A stretch of DNA of 64,000 bases, from the NCBI GenBank assembly GCA_040772685.1, contig JAXGXQ010000001.1:639324-703323 (forward strand), given 5' to 3'. Every line of letters begins with the position of its first letter. Positions within the stretch are counted from its first letter, which is position 1. Below are positions 1 through 8,757 of the stretch, one piece after another. The notes beneath the pieces are model-generated. The model saw only the letters and a program-made list of their open reading frames with translations. It was not told the DNA's origin and made no database searches. A program made the position numbers and the translations under genes. The DNA is from Clostridia bacterium. Its GTDB lineage: Bacteria; Bacillota; Clostridia; Saccharofermentanales; UBA5734.

Positions 1-843
1 CATGCCGGCTTCTTTGCCATTGGCTCATACATCAGCGTGCTGCTGTGCCACCCGGCCTGGGGGATATCGCAGTGGCTGGGCTTTACCTTGCCGCCCTCAA
101 TCACCATATTTATCGCAGCCTTTGTCTCGATGATTATTGGTGTGCTGTTGTCGCTGCCGGCCTCAAAACTGGTGTTCCACTTCCTGTCACTTTTGACAAT
201 CGCTTTCGGCCAGCTGATTTTCCTGACGATTACCAGCTTCCCCAAAATCACAAATGCCTACCGCGGCATAACCGCAATTCCGCAAATCAGCTTCTTTGGA
301 TTTTCTTTCAGCGCTGTATCCAATAAGTACCGCTTTTTCCTGCTGTCATTGTTCTTCCTGGTCATTTTCCTGATCATCAAACAGAACATTGTCAAATCGC
401 GCGTCGGGCGCGGCTTCTCGGCAATCCGGGAAAATGTACTGGCTGCAAATGGCTGCGGAATTAATGTTCGTTACTATAAAATGATGTCTTTTGGTATCTC
501 GGCTTTCTACACCGGTTTTGCCGGCGCTCTCTACGCCCACATGGTTGGCTTCATCAGCCCCGATACTTATGTGGCAAACACTTCAAATATTATGATGACC
601 ATGCTGCTTTTCGGCGGCAATGGCAACCTCGCCGGACCCGTAATCGGCGCTACAGTTATTACACTGATCCAGGAAGGCCTGGCGGAACTTAAAGACTACC
701 GCATGTTGATCTTCGGTATCTTCCTGTTGATCGTCATTCTCTTCCAGCCCAACGGTCTCTATGGACTTTACATGTCTACAGTCAACAAAATCAAGAAAAG
801 ACTTGCCAGCAGAAAAGAGGTGAAGCCGAATGCTGAAGCTTAA
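1..843 (+). CDS. livM: Branched-chain amino acid ABC transporter permease (LivM type), 5' end cut by window edge
   Basis: Frame 1 is open from nt 1 (HAGFFAIGSYISVLL...) upstream of the listed ATG at 37. Product is strongly hydrophobic and multi-TM. Overlaps the following LivG-type ATPase by 14 nt. Confidence 0.85.
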   Translation, partial: HAGFFAIGSYISVLLCHPAWGISQWLGFTLPPSITIFIAAFVSMIIGVLLSLPASKLVFHFLSLLTIAFGQLIFLTITSFPKITNAYRGITAIPQISFFGFSFSAVSNKYRFFLLSLFFLVIFLIIKQNIVKSRVGRGFSAIRENVLAANGCGINVRYYKMMSFGISAFYTGFAGALYAHMVGFISPDTYVANTSNIMMTMLLFGGNGNLAGPVIGATVITLIQEGLAELKDYRMLIFGIFLLIVILFQPNGLYGLYMSTVNKIKKRLASRKEVKPNAEA

Positions 844-1582
844 CAACATCACAATCAGGTTCGGCGGTCTTGTTGCCGTCAATCAGCTCAGCTTCGAAAT
901 CGAACAGGGCGAGATTTTTGGCCTGATCGGTCCTAACGGCGCAGGCAAAACCACTACCTTCAACATGATCAGTGGGACATTCGAACCCACAGAAGGTCAA
1001 ATTGAACTGGAAGGCAAACGCATTGACGGTATGCCTATGTTCAAGATCAATCGCCTGGGTATTGCCCGCACATATCAGAACATCAACCTGTTCCGCACTA
1101 TGACTGTGCTGGAGAATGTCTTGGTCGGACTCCATCCGCACCTTGAAACCGGCTTGCCTGCCGCTATTTTTAAAACTCCGAAGCAGCGTCGCGAAGAACA
1201 GAAATCAATTGAAAAAGCCAAAAGAATCCTTGACCTGGTTCATATTAAGGATAAGGATGACTGGTATGCCAGCAGCCTCTCTTACGGTGAACAACGCCGA
1301 TTGGAAATTGGCCGTGCCCTGGCCAGTGATCCCAAGCTTTTGCTGCTGGACGAACCAGCTGCCGGCATGAATCCGATTGAAAAAGAAGAACTTGCCGAAC
1401 TCGTGCGGAAAATCCGTGACACGGGAGTCACAGTACTCCTCGTTGAGCATGACATGAAATTTGTCATGGGCATAACAGATCGCATCTGCGTACTTAACTA
1501 TGGCAAACGGATCGCGATGGGTAACCCTGCGGAAATCCAGTCGAATCCTGACGTCATCGAAGCTTATCTTGGAGGTGAATGA
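830..1582 (+). CDS. livG: Branched-chain amino acid ABC transporter ATP-binding protein (LivG type)
   Basis: Walker A GPNGAGKTT, ABC signature LSYGEQRRLEIGRAL, Walker B LLLLDEPAAGMN. Start overlaps the permease stop. Confidence 0.9.
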   Translation: MLKLNNITIRFGGLVAVNQLSFEIEQGEIFGLIGPNGAGKTTTFNMISGTFEPTEGQIELEGKRIDGMPMFKINRLGIARTYQNINLFRTMTVLENVLVGLHPHLETGLPAAIFKTPKQRREEQKSIEKAKRILDLVHIKDKDDWYASSLSYGEQRRLEIGRALASDPKLLLLDEPAAGMNPIEKEELAELVRKIRDTGVTVLLVEHDMKFVMGITDRICVLNYGKRIAMGNPAEIQSNPDVIEAYLGGE

Positions 1583-1583
1583 C

Positions 1584-2303
1584 ATGAACCCAATACTTGA
1601 TGTCAGAAACCTGGAATACCATTACGGCGAAATTTACGCCGTGAAGAACATCAGTTTCTCAATTAACGAAGGCGAAATCGTTGCCATAATCGGCAGTAAC
1701 GGTGCCGGCAAAACAACAACGCTGCGTGCCATCAATGGTTTACTGGGCAAGATCAGCGGCGGCGAAATTCACTTTGACGGTCACCGGATCGATACGATGC
1801 CAACCCATAAAATTACAGGTCTCGGTCTCTGCCAGGTTCTGGAAGGACGTATTGTCTTCCCGCAGCTGACGGTTCGTGAAAACCTGATGATGGGTGCCTT
1901 CCTGCAGAAGGACAAGGTTTTTATCAAAAATCAGCTCGACTATGTCTGCGACCTCTTCCCTCGCCTGCTGGAACGTGAAAATCAGAATGCCGGCACGCTT
2001 TCCGGCGGTGAACAGCAAATGCTCGCGGTTGCCCGCGCGCTGATGTCAAAGCCAAAAATGCTGATGATGGACGAGCCCTCGATGGGTCTGGCACCGCTGG
2101 TCGTCAAAGACATCTTCTCGACTATCGAGAAAATTAATAACGACGGTGTCACTATCCTGCTGGTTGAACAAAACGCGCGCGCAGCCCTGAAAATTGCCAA
2201 CCGCGCCTATGTCATCGAAACCGGCGAGCTCATCATGGAAGGTTCGGCTCACGAACTGCTCGAAGACAAAGCCGTCCAGAAAGCGTATTTGGGCGTAAGC
2301 TAA
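1584..2303 (+). CDS. livF: Branched-chain amino acid ABC transporter ATP-binding protein (LivF type)
   Basis: Walker A GSNGAGKTT, signature LSGGEQQMLAVARAL, Walker B MLMMDEPSMGLAP. Start moved to ATG 1584 (GGAGGT 6-7 nt upstream); the listed 1500 start lies inside livG. Confidence 0.9.
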   Translation: MNPILDVRNLEYHYGEIYAVKNISFSINEGEIVAIIGSNGAGKTTTLRAINGLLGKISGGEIHFDGHRIDTMPTHKITGLGLCQVLEGRIVFPQLTVRENLMMGAFLQKDKVFIKNQLDYVCDLFPRLLERENQNAGTLSGGEQQMLAVARALMSKPKMLMMDEPSMGLAPLVVKDIFSTIEKINNDGVTILLVEQNARAALKIANRAYVIETGELIMEGSAHELLEDKAVQKAYLGVS

Positions 2304-2500
2304 AATACCTGCCTCCGCAATCAGCAGCCGGTCAGTCGCTCGGACAAGTCCTCGAAATGCTGCGCATTTCTGCGGAACTCGCTTTGTGACTCGGCAGCAG
2401 ATTGCGAAAAGCCATGACAGGGCTGAGGTACGCAAAATGAGCAGCTATGTACAGAACTGCTCTCTTGAGCAAAGCATTTGGAATAGCATGTTTTAAGATA

Positions 2501-2533
2501 GGGTTACTGGCGACACGCCAGTAGCCCTTTTTT
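2501..2533 (+). terminator. Intrinsic terminator of the liv operon
   Basis: GGGTTACTGGCG-aca-CGCCAGTAGCCC stem-loop followed by TTTTTT. Lies about 200 nt after the livF stop. Confidence 0.7.
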
Positions 2534-2561
2534 AGTGAAGCTCCATACGTGGTGCACTAAG

Positions 2562-2591
2562 AAAAAGCCTGATTCTACGTTAGAATCAGGC
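2562..2591 (-). terminator. Intrinsic terminator (minus strand)
   Basis: GCCTGATTCTA-cgt-TAGAATCAGGC perfect 11-bp stem. The AAAAA on the plus-strand 5' side is a T-run on the minus strand. Confidence 0.6.
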
Positions 2592-2683
2592 CGACACTTA
2601 ATAATCTTTGCCTGGCCGCACGCCAGTTGAATTTTCTTCCTATCAGACAATTATCTATTCTCCGCCCTGTGGTCATTTGCTCT

Positions 2684-2772
2684 AATTACCTGCTCCAGCC
2701 AGGCGAATTCGCAGCAAAAGGCGCCTAAAAGGCGCCTTTTGCGAGAAGCTGAGCCTGGTGGAGCAGGTAATT
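2684..2772. terminator. About 89-nt nested inverted repeat with an inner bidirectional terminator
   Basis: Outer arms are AATTACCTGCTCCAGCCAGGC (2684-2704) and GCCTGGTGGAGCAGGTAATT (2753-2772), with one bulge. Inner hairpin is AAAAGGCGCC-taaa-AGGCGCCTTTT. The structure starts exactly at the stop codon of the 2771-4039 gene. Confidence 0.6.
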
Positions 2773-4039
2773 AAAAGAGGTTGCCGTTTTCGTCGAAGGC
2801 AAAGGGGGCCGGTTCGGAGAGGATCTCAATGTCGGGCATGGCTTTGGCCTCTTCGAGCATGGCTTCGGATATCCAGATTTCGCTGAGATGAAGGGTATCT
2901 TTTATCCGGACAATGCGCAGATTATCGCGATCACTTTCAGTACAGGTTTTAGCTGCCGCCTGGATAGCCAGTTTGTCACTGCGGAAGGCCGGCGGAGTTT
3001 TAACGACGTTCAGGATAAGTGAAGTCAGGCTGTTGGGTATCGTGGCATCCGGGTCAGCTTTGCCGGTTGCGCGGGTTGTGGTCGCATCAGCCATTCCAAG
3101 CCCGACACTGCTGCCGTGGGTTTCCTCAGTAAGGTCGAGCACCACAACGCGATGTTTCTGGAAGCCGCCGCTGGCATAAGGTGTGGCCCAGGTACCGGAG
3201 ACGTTGGGATCCATACCGTCGCCGCTGATATTCTTGCCAATCTGGTCAACAATCAGGATATCGCCGCTTTCAATTTTGATCTTCGGCATTTTGCTGAAGG
3301 CTATTTTCAGCAGCTTAGGTTCTTCAGTTACTATTTCAGCGGGTGTGAGTGCCTTGATAATGCAGGTTTTGTCGAAGGCGTTTTCAATCAGGCCAACACC
3401 AAACATGACGTTGCAGTTATCAATAATGGTTTTACCGAACATCGGCACCATTTCTGCCATACGCTTAAAACCCTCAAAATGGCAGGCTTCAGCGCCATAT
3501 TGCTTACCATAACCAATCGCCAGCATTTTCATCAGGCCGCTTTCGTATTCACCACGGAAAGCTGTATGTGGTTTGATCCGGCCAACAACAATCATGCCGT
3601 CTGCTTCAGCAGCGTGTTTATCAATATAGACAGCCAGGCCTGTTGGGGTTTTACCGATTTCCACGGTATCCATACAGGAAATGATTTCACAGCCACAATA
3701 CTCTTCGGTGACACCAAAATCATTAACTATCTTAAGTTGGCCTTCGGCAAGCGCGCCGCCATGGCTGCCCATTGCCGGGATAATAAACGGGGTAGCGCCC
3801 TTTTCTTTAACAAACGTCGCGATAGTCTTCAAAACCAGGGCGATGTTGTCCACGCCGCGACTTCCGCAGGAAAGGCTGATCCGCATACCGGGTTTGATGC
3901 TAGAAGCGATTTCGTCACGTTCAAGTTCAGCGCGAACTGTAGCAGCCACATCTTCGACCTTTGATTCATCGAAAATCTGGCGGATACGTACCATATTCGG
4001 CAGTTTTACAGGTTTTAGGATTTCTTCTATCATTCCCAT
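2771..4039 (-). CDS. LarA N-terminal-like (DUF2088) domain protein, function unknown
   Basis: 422-aa ORF. Motifs ISLSCGSRGV, IIPAMGSHGGALAEGQ and GRIKPHTAFRGEYESGLMKM match what I recall for the lactate-racemase-domain family, which lacks the canonical LarA active-site motifs. No HMM was run. Confidence 0.55.
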   Translation of the reverse strand: MGMIEEILKPVKLPNMVRIRQIFDESKVEDVAATVRAELERDEIASSIKPGMRISLSCGSRGVDNIALVLKTIATFVKEKGATPFIIPAMGSHGGALAEGQLKIVNDFGVTEEYCGCEIISCMDTVEIGKTPTGLAVYIDKHAAEADGMIVVGRIKPHTAFRGEYESGLMKMLAIGYGKQYGAEACHFEGFKRMAEMVPMFGKTIIDNCNVMFGVGLIENAFDKTCIIKALTPAEIVTEEPKLLKIAFSKMPKIKIESGDILIVDQIGKNISGDGMDPNVSGTWATPYASGGFQKHRVVVLDLTEETHGSSVGLGMADATTTRATGKADPDATIPNSLTSLILNVVKTPPAFRSDKLAIQAAAKTCTESDRDNLRIVRIKDTLHLSEIWISEAMLEEAKAMPDIEILSEPAPFAFDENGNLF

Positions 4040-4186
4040 TGTTTACAGACCTTCCTTACTTTTAATCTCATAAATTTTCATTTGTCGACAGGAATAAATC
4101 CAGTCGAATTCCAGTGATATAGTGAAGATTTTTAGCAGCAATTTTTGTGATCAATGTACGACAATTGTTGCAATTCACACAGAATA

Positions 4187-4216
4187 AGTATAGCACTCGT
4201 TGGTATGACCATTCAA
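4187..4216 (-). promoter_or_regulatory. Candidate sigma-A promoter with an embedded TGGT-N3-ACCA inverted repeat, upstream of the DUF2088 gene
   Basis: On the minus strand: TTGAAT (4211-4216), 18-nt spacer, TATACT (4187-4192). TGGTATGACCA (4201-4211) lies in the spacer and fits the GntR-type operator pattern. Confidence 0.35.
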
Positions 4217-4217
4217 G

Positions 4218-4246
4218 CCAAAAGCACTCTCCAAAAGCACTCTCCA
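4218..4246. repeat. Perfect 13-bp tandem duplication CCAAAAGCACTCT x2 (plus partial CCA)
   Basis: Read directly: 4218-4230 equals 4231-4243. Intergenic, just upstream of the candidate promoter at 4187-4216. Confidence 0.9.
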
Positions 4247-4283
4247 GATTGTTAAGCTGACTACGGACTGCTTCTGTTTCAGG

Positions 4284-5135
4284 TCACGAATTATAGCGGC
4301 GCAGAAACTGGCAGGTACGTTCATTATCTGAATGGAATACGGTTTCCGGTGTTCCTTCTTCGATGATTACGCCTTGATCCATGAAGATGATCCGGTCAGC
4401 CAGTTCACGGGCGAAGGCCATTTCGTGGGTTACAACAACCATGGTCATATTTTCCTCAGCCAAGGAGCGGATAACCTTCAGAACCTCGCCGGTCAGCTCC
4501 GGGTCAAGTGCAGAAGTCGGCTCGTCAAAAAATATCAACTCCGGAGTAAGGGCCAGGGCGCGGGCGATCGCGGCTCGTTGCTGTTGACCACCGGAAAGCT
4601 GATAAGGGTATGCATCGGCTTTGTCAGGCAAACCCAATTTTTCTAACAGACGACGGGCATCAGCTTCGGCTTCAGTGCTCGAACGGTCTAAAACAGTTAT
4701 CGGCGCAGCGCTGATATTTTGTAATACAGTCAAATGCGGAAACAAGTTGAAGCTCTGAAAAACGAGACCAATCTTCAATTGAATTTCTTTCAGTTTTTCT
4801 GCCGAAGCGTAAACAGCACGACCTTTATCATCATTTGAGCACAACGTTTCACTGCCAACAATTATTTCACCGCTGTCAGCTTTTTCCAACTGGTTTATCA
4901 GGCGCAACAAAGTTGATTTGCCGGAACCGGATGGACCGATAATTGCGACCACCTCTCCCTGCCGGACAGTCAGGCTCATCGATTTAAGCACTTCATTTGA
5001 ACCGAATGATTTCTGCAGGTTATTAACCTGCAACAGAACCTTTTCGTTGTTAACCGCCAGTTCAGTTGTTTGTTCCGGTGAATATTTTGCTGCTGATTCG
5101 TCCGTGAATTGTTTGTTAGTTGATTGTTCTGACAT
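4284..5135 (-). CDS. Polar amino acid ABC transporter ATP-binding protein (GlnQ/ArtP type) with about 30-aa N-terminal extension
   Basis: Walker [10 protein letters not shown], signature [15 protein letters not shown], Walker [14 protein letters not shown]-loop VVVTHEM. Confidence 0.9.
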   Translation of the reverse strand: MSEQSTNKQFTDESAAKYSPEQTTELAVNNEKVLLQVNNLQKSFGSNEVLKSMSLTVRQGEVVAIIGPSGSGKSTLLRLINQLEKADSGEIIVGSETLCSNDDKGRAVYASAEKLKEIQLKIGLVFQSFNLFPHLTVLQNISAAPITVLDRSSTEAEADARRLLEKLGLPDKADAYPYQLSGGQQQRAAIARALALTPELIFFDEPTSALDPELTGEVLKVIRSLAEENMTMVVVTHEMAFARELADRIIFMDQGVIIEEGTPETVFHSDNERTCQFLRRYNS

Positions 5136-5200
5136 CAGCTCAACCTTTCTTCATATCTGCTGCTTTTTGATAGCATAAGCTTGGCGTTCTGCAGTAGGTG

Positions 5201-5839
5201 TCAGCTTTTATAATACGCCAGGCGGCGCTCACCGGCTGTGAAAGCGAGTTCTACAAGGCTGTTCATGGCAAGGTAAAACACACCGGCTACCATAATCGGC
5301 ACAATACTGGTTGTGCGTGAAGTTGTATTCTGGGCAATTCTAAACAGTTCCATCACTCCGATGGTCTGGGCCAGAGCGGTGTCTTTGACCAAGGTCATGC
5401 ATTCATTGCCACAGGCCGGCAAAACACGCTTCACAACCTGAGGCAGAATAATTTTTCGGAAGGTTTGGCGTTTGCTGAAGCCAAGCACATGGGCTGCCTC
5501 ATATTGACCAACCGGAATCGATTCAATGCCGCCGCGGAATATTTCCGCGAAATAAGCCGCATAATTAACAGTGAAGGCAATTATCGCCGCTATAAAGCGT
5601 GGGATGGCAATGCCCAGCACAAATGGCGGAAAGTACATGAAAAAGATCAGCTGCAGAATCAGGGGGGTACCGCGCATTATCAGCAAGTACAGCCGCAGCG
5701 GAGCATTCAGCAAAGGGTTGTTGGCCATGCGGGCTCTGGCCACCAGCATCCCCAGCGGTACTGAAAAAATCAGGGTCAGGAAAAATATCTGAATCGCTGT
5801 CCAGGTTCCTTCCAGAAAAAATGGTAGATAATCGAACAT
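5201..5839 (-). CDS. Polar amino acid ABC transporter permease (His/Glu/Gln/Arg/opine family)
   Basis: 212-aa hydrophobic product with an EAA-like loop (EAAHVLGFSKRQTFRKIILPQ). Lies between the ATPase and the binding protein. Confidence 0.9.
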   Translation of the reverse strand: MFDYLPFFLEGTWTAIQIFFLTLIFSVPLGMLVARARMANNPLLNAPLRLYLLIMRGTPLILQLIFFMYFPPFVLGIAIPRFIAAIIAFTVNYAAYFAEIFRGGIESIPVGQYEAAHVLGFSKRQTFRKIILPQVVKRVLPACGNECMTLVKDTALAQTIGVMELFRIAQNTTSRTTSIVPIMVAGVFYLAMNSLVELAFTAGERRLAYYKS

Positions 5840-5965
5840 TCTAGCTTTTCCTTAGCTTAATTTCTTGATCTGCCTTTTAGATTGCGGATCTGCCCATTTG
5901 AGAAATAGTCACGGGCAGCCTGGGTTAGCCAGACTGCCCGCAGCATGATCGTCAATAACGATAAA

Positions 5966-6874
5966 TTATTTAATGGTTGTAATATCTTTACCGAACCATT
6001 TGGTTGAGATCGTTGCTAACGTGCCATCAGCTGCCATTGCTTTAAGTTGCTTTTGCACTTCATCGCGCAGGCTCTGGTCGTTTTTACGGAAACCAATACC
6101 GTATTCCTCACCAGCCAGTGACTCATCCAGAATCCGGAAAGGCTTGTTCTGTGAGGTAATATAGTAACCGGCGACAATTTCGTCAATCAGCAGGGCATCT
6201 GTGCCTTTTGCTTCCAGATCGAGCAGTGCGGTGACATTTTCCTTGAATTCAACAACTTCTTTCAGGCTGGCTTTAAAATCTGTGGCCTTCTCGAGGGCCG
6301 ATGTTGCTGTAGAAGCAGCCTGGACGCCAAGTTTTTTGTCCTTCAGGTCAGCCAGGGTCTGGTAGGTTGAATCATTTCGTACAACGACAACCTGACGGTT
6401 TTTCAAATAGGGATCGGTTACATTGGTTTCTCTTTTCCGCTCTTCATCAAGCGAGTAGCCGTTCCAGATGCAATCAATCAGACCACTGTTGAGTTCACTG
6501 AATTTCTGTGCCCAGTCAATCGGCTGCAGTTTCAGGGCAACACCCATCCGCTTGGTTACTTCGGTTGCGAGGTCGATATCAAAACCGACAATCTCGTTTT
6601 TTTCATTACGAAAACCCATTGGCGGGAATGAATCGTCCAGGCCCAGAACAAATTCTTTTTTGTCGAGGACTTTCTGGAGTGAAGGATCAGCTGCAGCTGT
6701 GGTTGTGGCAGCAGTTGTACCTGCAGTGGTGCCAGCGGCGGTAGAAGCAGTTGTGGTTGTTGGTGCGGTTGTGGTGGCTGCGGTTGTGGTGACGGCAGCA
6801 GGCCCACAGGCACTCAGGAGCATCGCGGCCAGCATTAGTACAACGGCCAGCGAGAATAAACGATTACGAGACAT
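5966..6874 (-). CDS. Amino acid ABC transporter substrate-binding lipoprotein
   Basis: Start moved to ATG 6874 (AAGGAGGA upstream) from the listed 6937. Has lipobox LLSAC and a Thr/Ala-rich linker, then a type-3 SBP body (FVLGLDDSFPPMGF, IDCIWNGYS). Confidence 0.85.
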   Translation of the reverse strand: MSRNRLFSLAVVLMLAAMLLSACGPAAVTTTAATTTAPTTTTASTAAGTTAGTTAATTTAAADPSLQKVLDKKEFVLGLDDSFPPMGFRNEKNEIVGFDIDLATEVTKRMGVALKLQPIDWAQKFSELNSGLIDCIWNGYSLDEERKRETNVTDPYLKNRQVVVVRNDSTYQTLADLKDKKLGVQAASTATSALEKATDFKASLKEVVEFKENVTALLDLEAKGTDALLIDEIVAGYYITSQNKPFRILDESLAGEEYGIGFRKNDQSLRDEVQKQLKAMAADGTLATISTKWFGKDITTIK

Positions 6875-7009
6875 TAGGTGAATCCTCCTTGTTTGTATCA
6901 GACGAATCAGGCAGAGGAAAGCCAAATTTTGATTCAAATCAGCTTACAGCTTTTAATTTTTGCCTTGTTAGTCCTTTAGCATTGTAAAGGATTAACGTCT
7001 TTTGGTAAA

Positions 7010-7018
7010 GGGGGGGGG
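7010..7018. repeat. G9 (C9 on minus strand) homopolymer tract
   Basis: Nine consecutive G read directly. Intergenic, 45 nt after the dinB stop and 136 nt upstream of the binding-protein start. Confidence 0.9.
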
Positions 7019-7062
7019 AGCTGACGAACATCAGGAGCCAATCGGGTAAATATTAGTGGGAA

Positions 7063-8340
7063 TTAATATTCGCCATTATCATCCTTAGCTGTTCGAATTA
7101 CGGGCGGCGCTTCATTATGCTCACGCTCCTGCAATCCCAAATCTGGCAGCAGACTACCGCCCAGGGTTATCGCACCGCGGCCAAAACGGTCACGCAAATC
7201 ATCGACTGTTGCTTCCAGCACTTCAGTTCGCGTGTCTTCAGCTGCCGTTTCCGCGCTGTCGAAGAAACTCAGCTGTCTGTTTTGAGAGGCAACTGAAGTG
7301 GTCAGGCCCAGTGCGGTAACAGTCAGCATCCGAATCGGCTGCTCAAGGTCCCAGGCCGAAAAAACAATCTCCTGCGCCAAATCGGTGATGCGTTTAGTGG
7401 AGTTGGTTGAAACCTGCAACTGCTTCTGACGTGAAATACTTGTGAGGTCAGGTCGCTTGATTATAACTTGCACTGCATGGCAATAAGCGCCCTGATGGCG
7501 CAGCTCGGTCCCTACTCTGTCAGCCAGACAGGCGATCGCGCTGCTGATTTCAGCGCGGCCCAAAAGGTTGCGCGCGAAGGTCTGGCCGCTGCCAATAGAT
7601 TTACCCGGGTCATCGGGGCTGACAACAGTAACAGGTTCGAGGTCGATTCCGTTAGCGTAATCGTGGACAAGTTCGCCGGTTTTGCCCAACAGCTGTCTGA
7701 CAGTTGTCCGGTCAAGTGCCGCTAACTGACCGATTGTCTGTACGCCTACGCGAGCCAGCGAGGCAGCGGCCATCTTACCTACAAACAACAGGCTGGTGAC
7801 GGGCAGCGGATGTACAATTTCCCGCCAGTTGGCACGATCGATAACCGTTGTGGCGTCAGGTTTTTTGTAATCACTGCCCAGCTTGGCAAATACTTTATTG
7901 AAGGATACACCGACAGAAACAGTTAGTCCCAGCTCCTGCCTGATCACAGCCCGAATATTATCTGCCAGCTGACGTCCGTCGCCAGCGAATAAATGCAGAC
8001 TATCGGTCACATCCAACCAGGACTCGTCGATTCCGAAAGGCTCAACCAGATCAGTATAACGGCGATAAATCAAATTAACTTCGCGGGAAAAATGCGCGTA
8101 CCAGTCATGATGCGGCGGAATCAAAACCAAAGCAGGGCATTTCTTTTTCGCCTGCCAAACCGTTTCAGCGGTTTTGACCCCGGCTCGTTTAGCAAGTTCA
8201 TTTTTGGCCAGAATAATCCCATGCCGCTGCTCTGGGTCGCCGCAGACAGCCACAGGCTGGTCGTGGAGATCCGGTCGGTTCAGTAGTTCGACAGAAGCAT
8301 AAAACCCATTTAAATCGCAATGTAAGATAACTCGGTCCAA
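7063..8340 (-). CDS. dinB: DNA polymerase IV (Y-family translesion polymerase)
   Basis: N-terminus ILHCDLNGFYASVELL, later SIDESWLDVT and GVSFNKVFAKLGSDYKKPD. TTG start at 8340, at the canonical N-terminal position, 9 nt after the upstream stop. Confidence 0.9.
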   Translation of the reverse strand: MDRVILHCDLNGFYASVELLNRPDLHDQPVAVCGDPEQRHGIILAKNELAKRAGVKTAETVWQAKKKCPALVLIPPHHDWYAHFSREVNLIYRRYTDLVEPFGIDESWLDVTDSLHLFAGDGRQLADNIRAVIRQELGLTVSVGVSFNKVFAKLGSDYKKPDATTVIDRANWREIVHPLPVTSLLFVGKMAAASLARVGVQTIGQLAALDRTTVRQLLGKTGELVHDYANGIDLEPVTVVSPDDPGKSIGSGQTFARNLLGRAEISSAIACLADRVGTELRHQGAYCHAVQVIIKRPDLTSISRQKQLQVSTNSTKRITDLAQEIVFSAWDLEQPIRMLTVTALGLTTSVASQNRQLSFFDSAETAAEDTRTEVLEATVDDLRDRFGRGAITLGGSLLPDLGLQEREHNEAPPVIRTAKDDNGEY

Positions 8341-8349
8341 AACTAAATA

Positions 8350-8739
8350 TTATTCCTCAGCGAGGGCAACTGCCTCGATTTCAATCATGGCATCACGTGG
8401 CAATCGTGCCACTTCCACCGCTGTCCGGGCAGGATACGGCTGTGGGAAAACCCTGCCGTAAACTTCGTTCATGCGCGCGAAATCAGCCATATCTTTGAGA
8501 TAGACATTAGCTTTTACTACAGTTGCAAGCGAAGCTCCACCAGCTTCCAGGATCGCAGCGAGGTTGCGCAAGGCCTGTTCAGTCTGGGCTTCAAGCCCTT
8601 TGGCCAGTTCGCCGCTGAAAGGATCCACGCCCAACTGACCGGAAGCGAAGACCAGGCGCGAGCCCGCCGGCAAGCGTACTGCGGGTGAATACGGCGGTTT
8701 CGGTTGTGCCTGGTTTGGAGCAAATATTGGTTCTTTCAT
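8350..8739 (-). CDS. RidA/YjgF/TdcF family reactive-intermediate deaminase
   Basis: 129 aa. YSPAV...ASGQLG and PARTAVEVARLPRDAMIEIEAVA are typical of the YjgF/RidA fold. Confidence 0.85.
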   Translation of the reverse strand: MKEPIFAPNQAQPKPPYSPAVRLPAGSRLVFASGQLGVDPFSGELAKGLEAQTEQALRNLAAILEAGGASLATVVKANVYLKDMADFARMNEVYGRVFPQPYPARTAVEVARLPRDAMIEIEAVALAEE

Positions 8740-8757
8740 TTTTACATTCCTTTCATT

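Noticed and set aside
3116-3964. 282-aa plus-strand ORF opposite the DUF2088 gene
   Set aside because: It is a shadow ORF of the motif-supported minus-strand gene, with no RBS and an odd composition. The same reasoning applies to 8959-9630, 12529-13230, 18063-18593, 21232-21813, 22791-23294, 48651-49283, 51126-51632 and 60265-60753.
5966-6937. Longer N-terminal extensions offered by the ORF track for many genes (6937, 9834, 10749, 13961, 16646, 27357, 29657, 40346, 40469, 48412, 49217, 50841, 61463)
   Set aside because: In each case an internal ATG is preceded at 5-10 nt by an AGGAGG-like RBS and begins the recognisable domain or signal peptide. The extensions lack RBS support and read like translated intergenic DNA.
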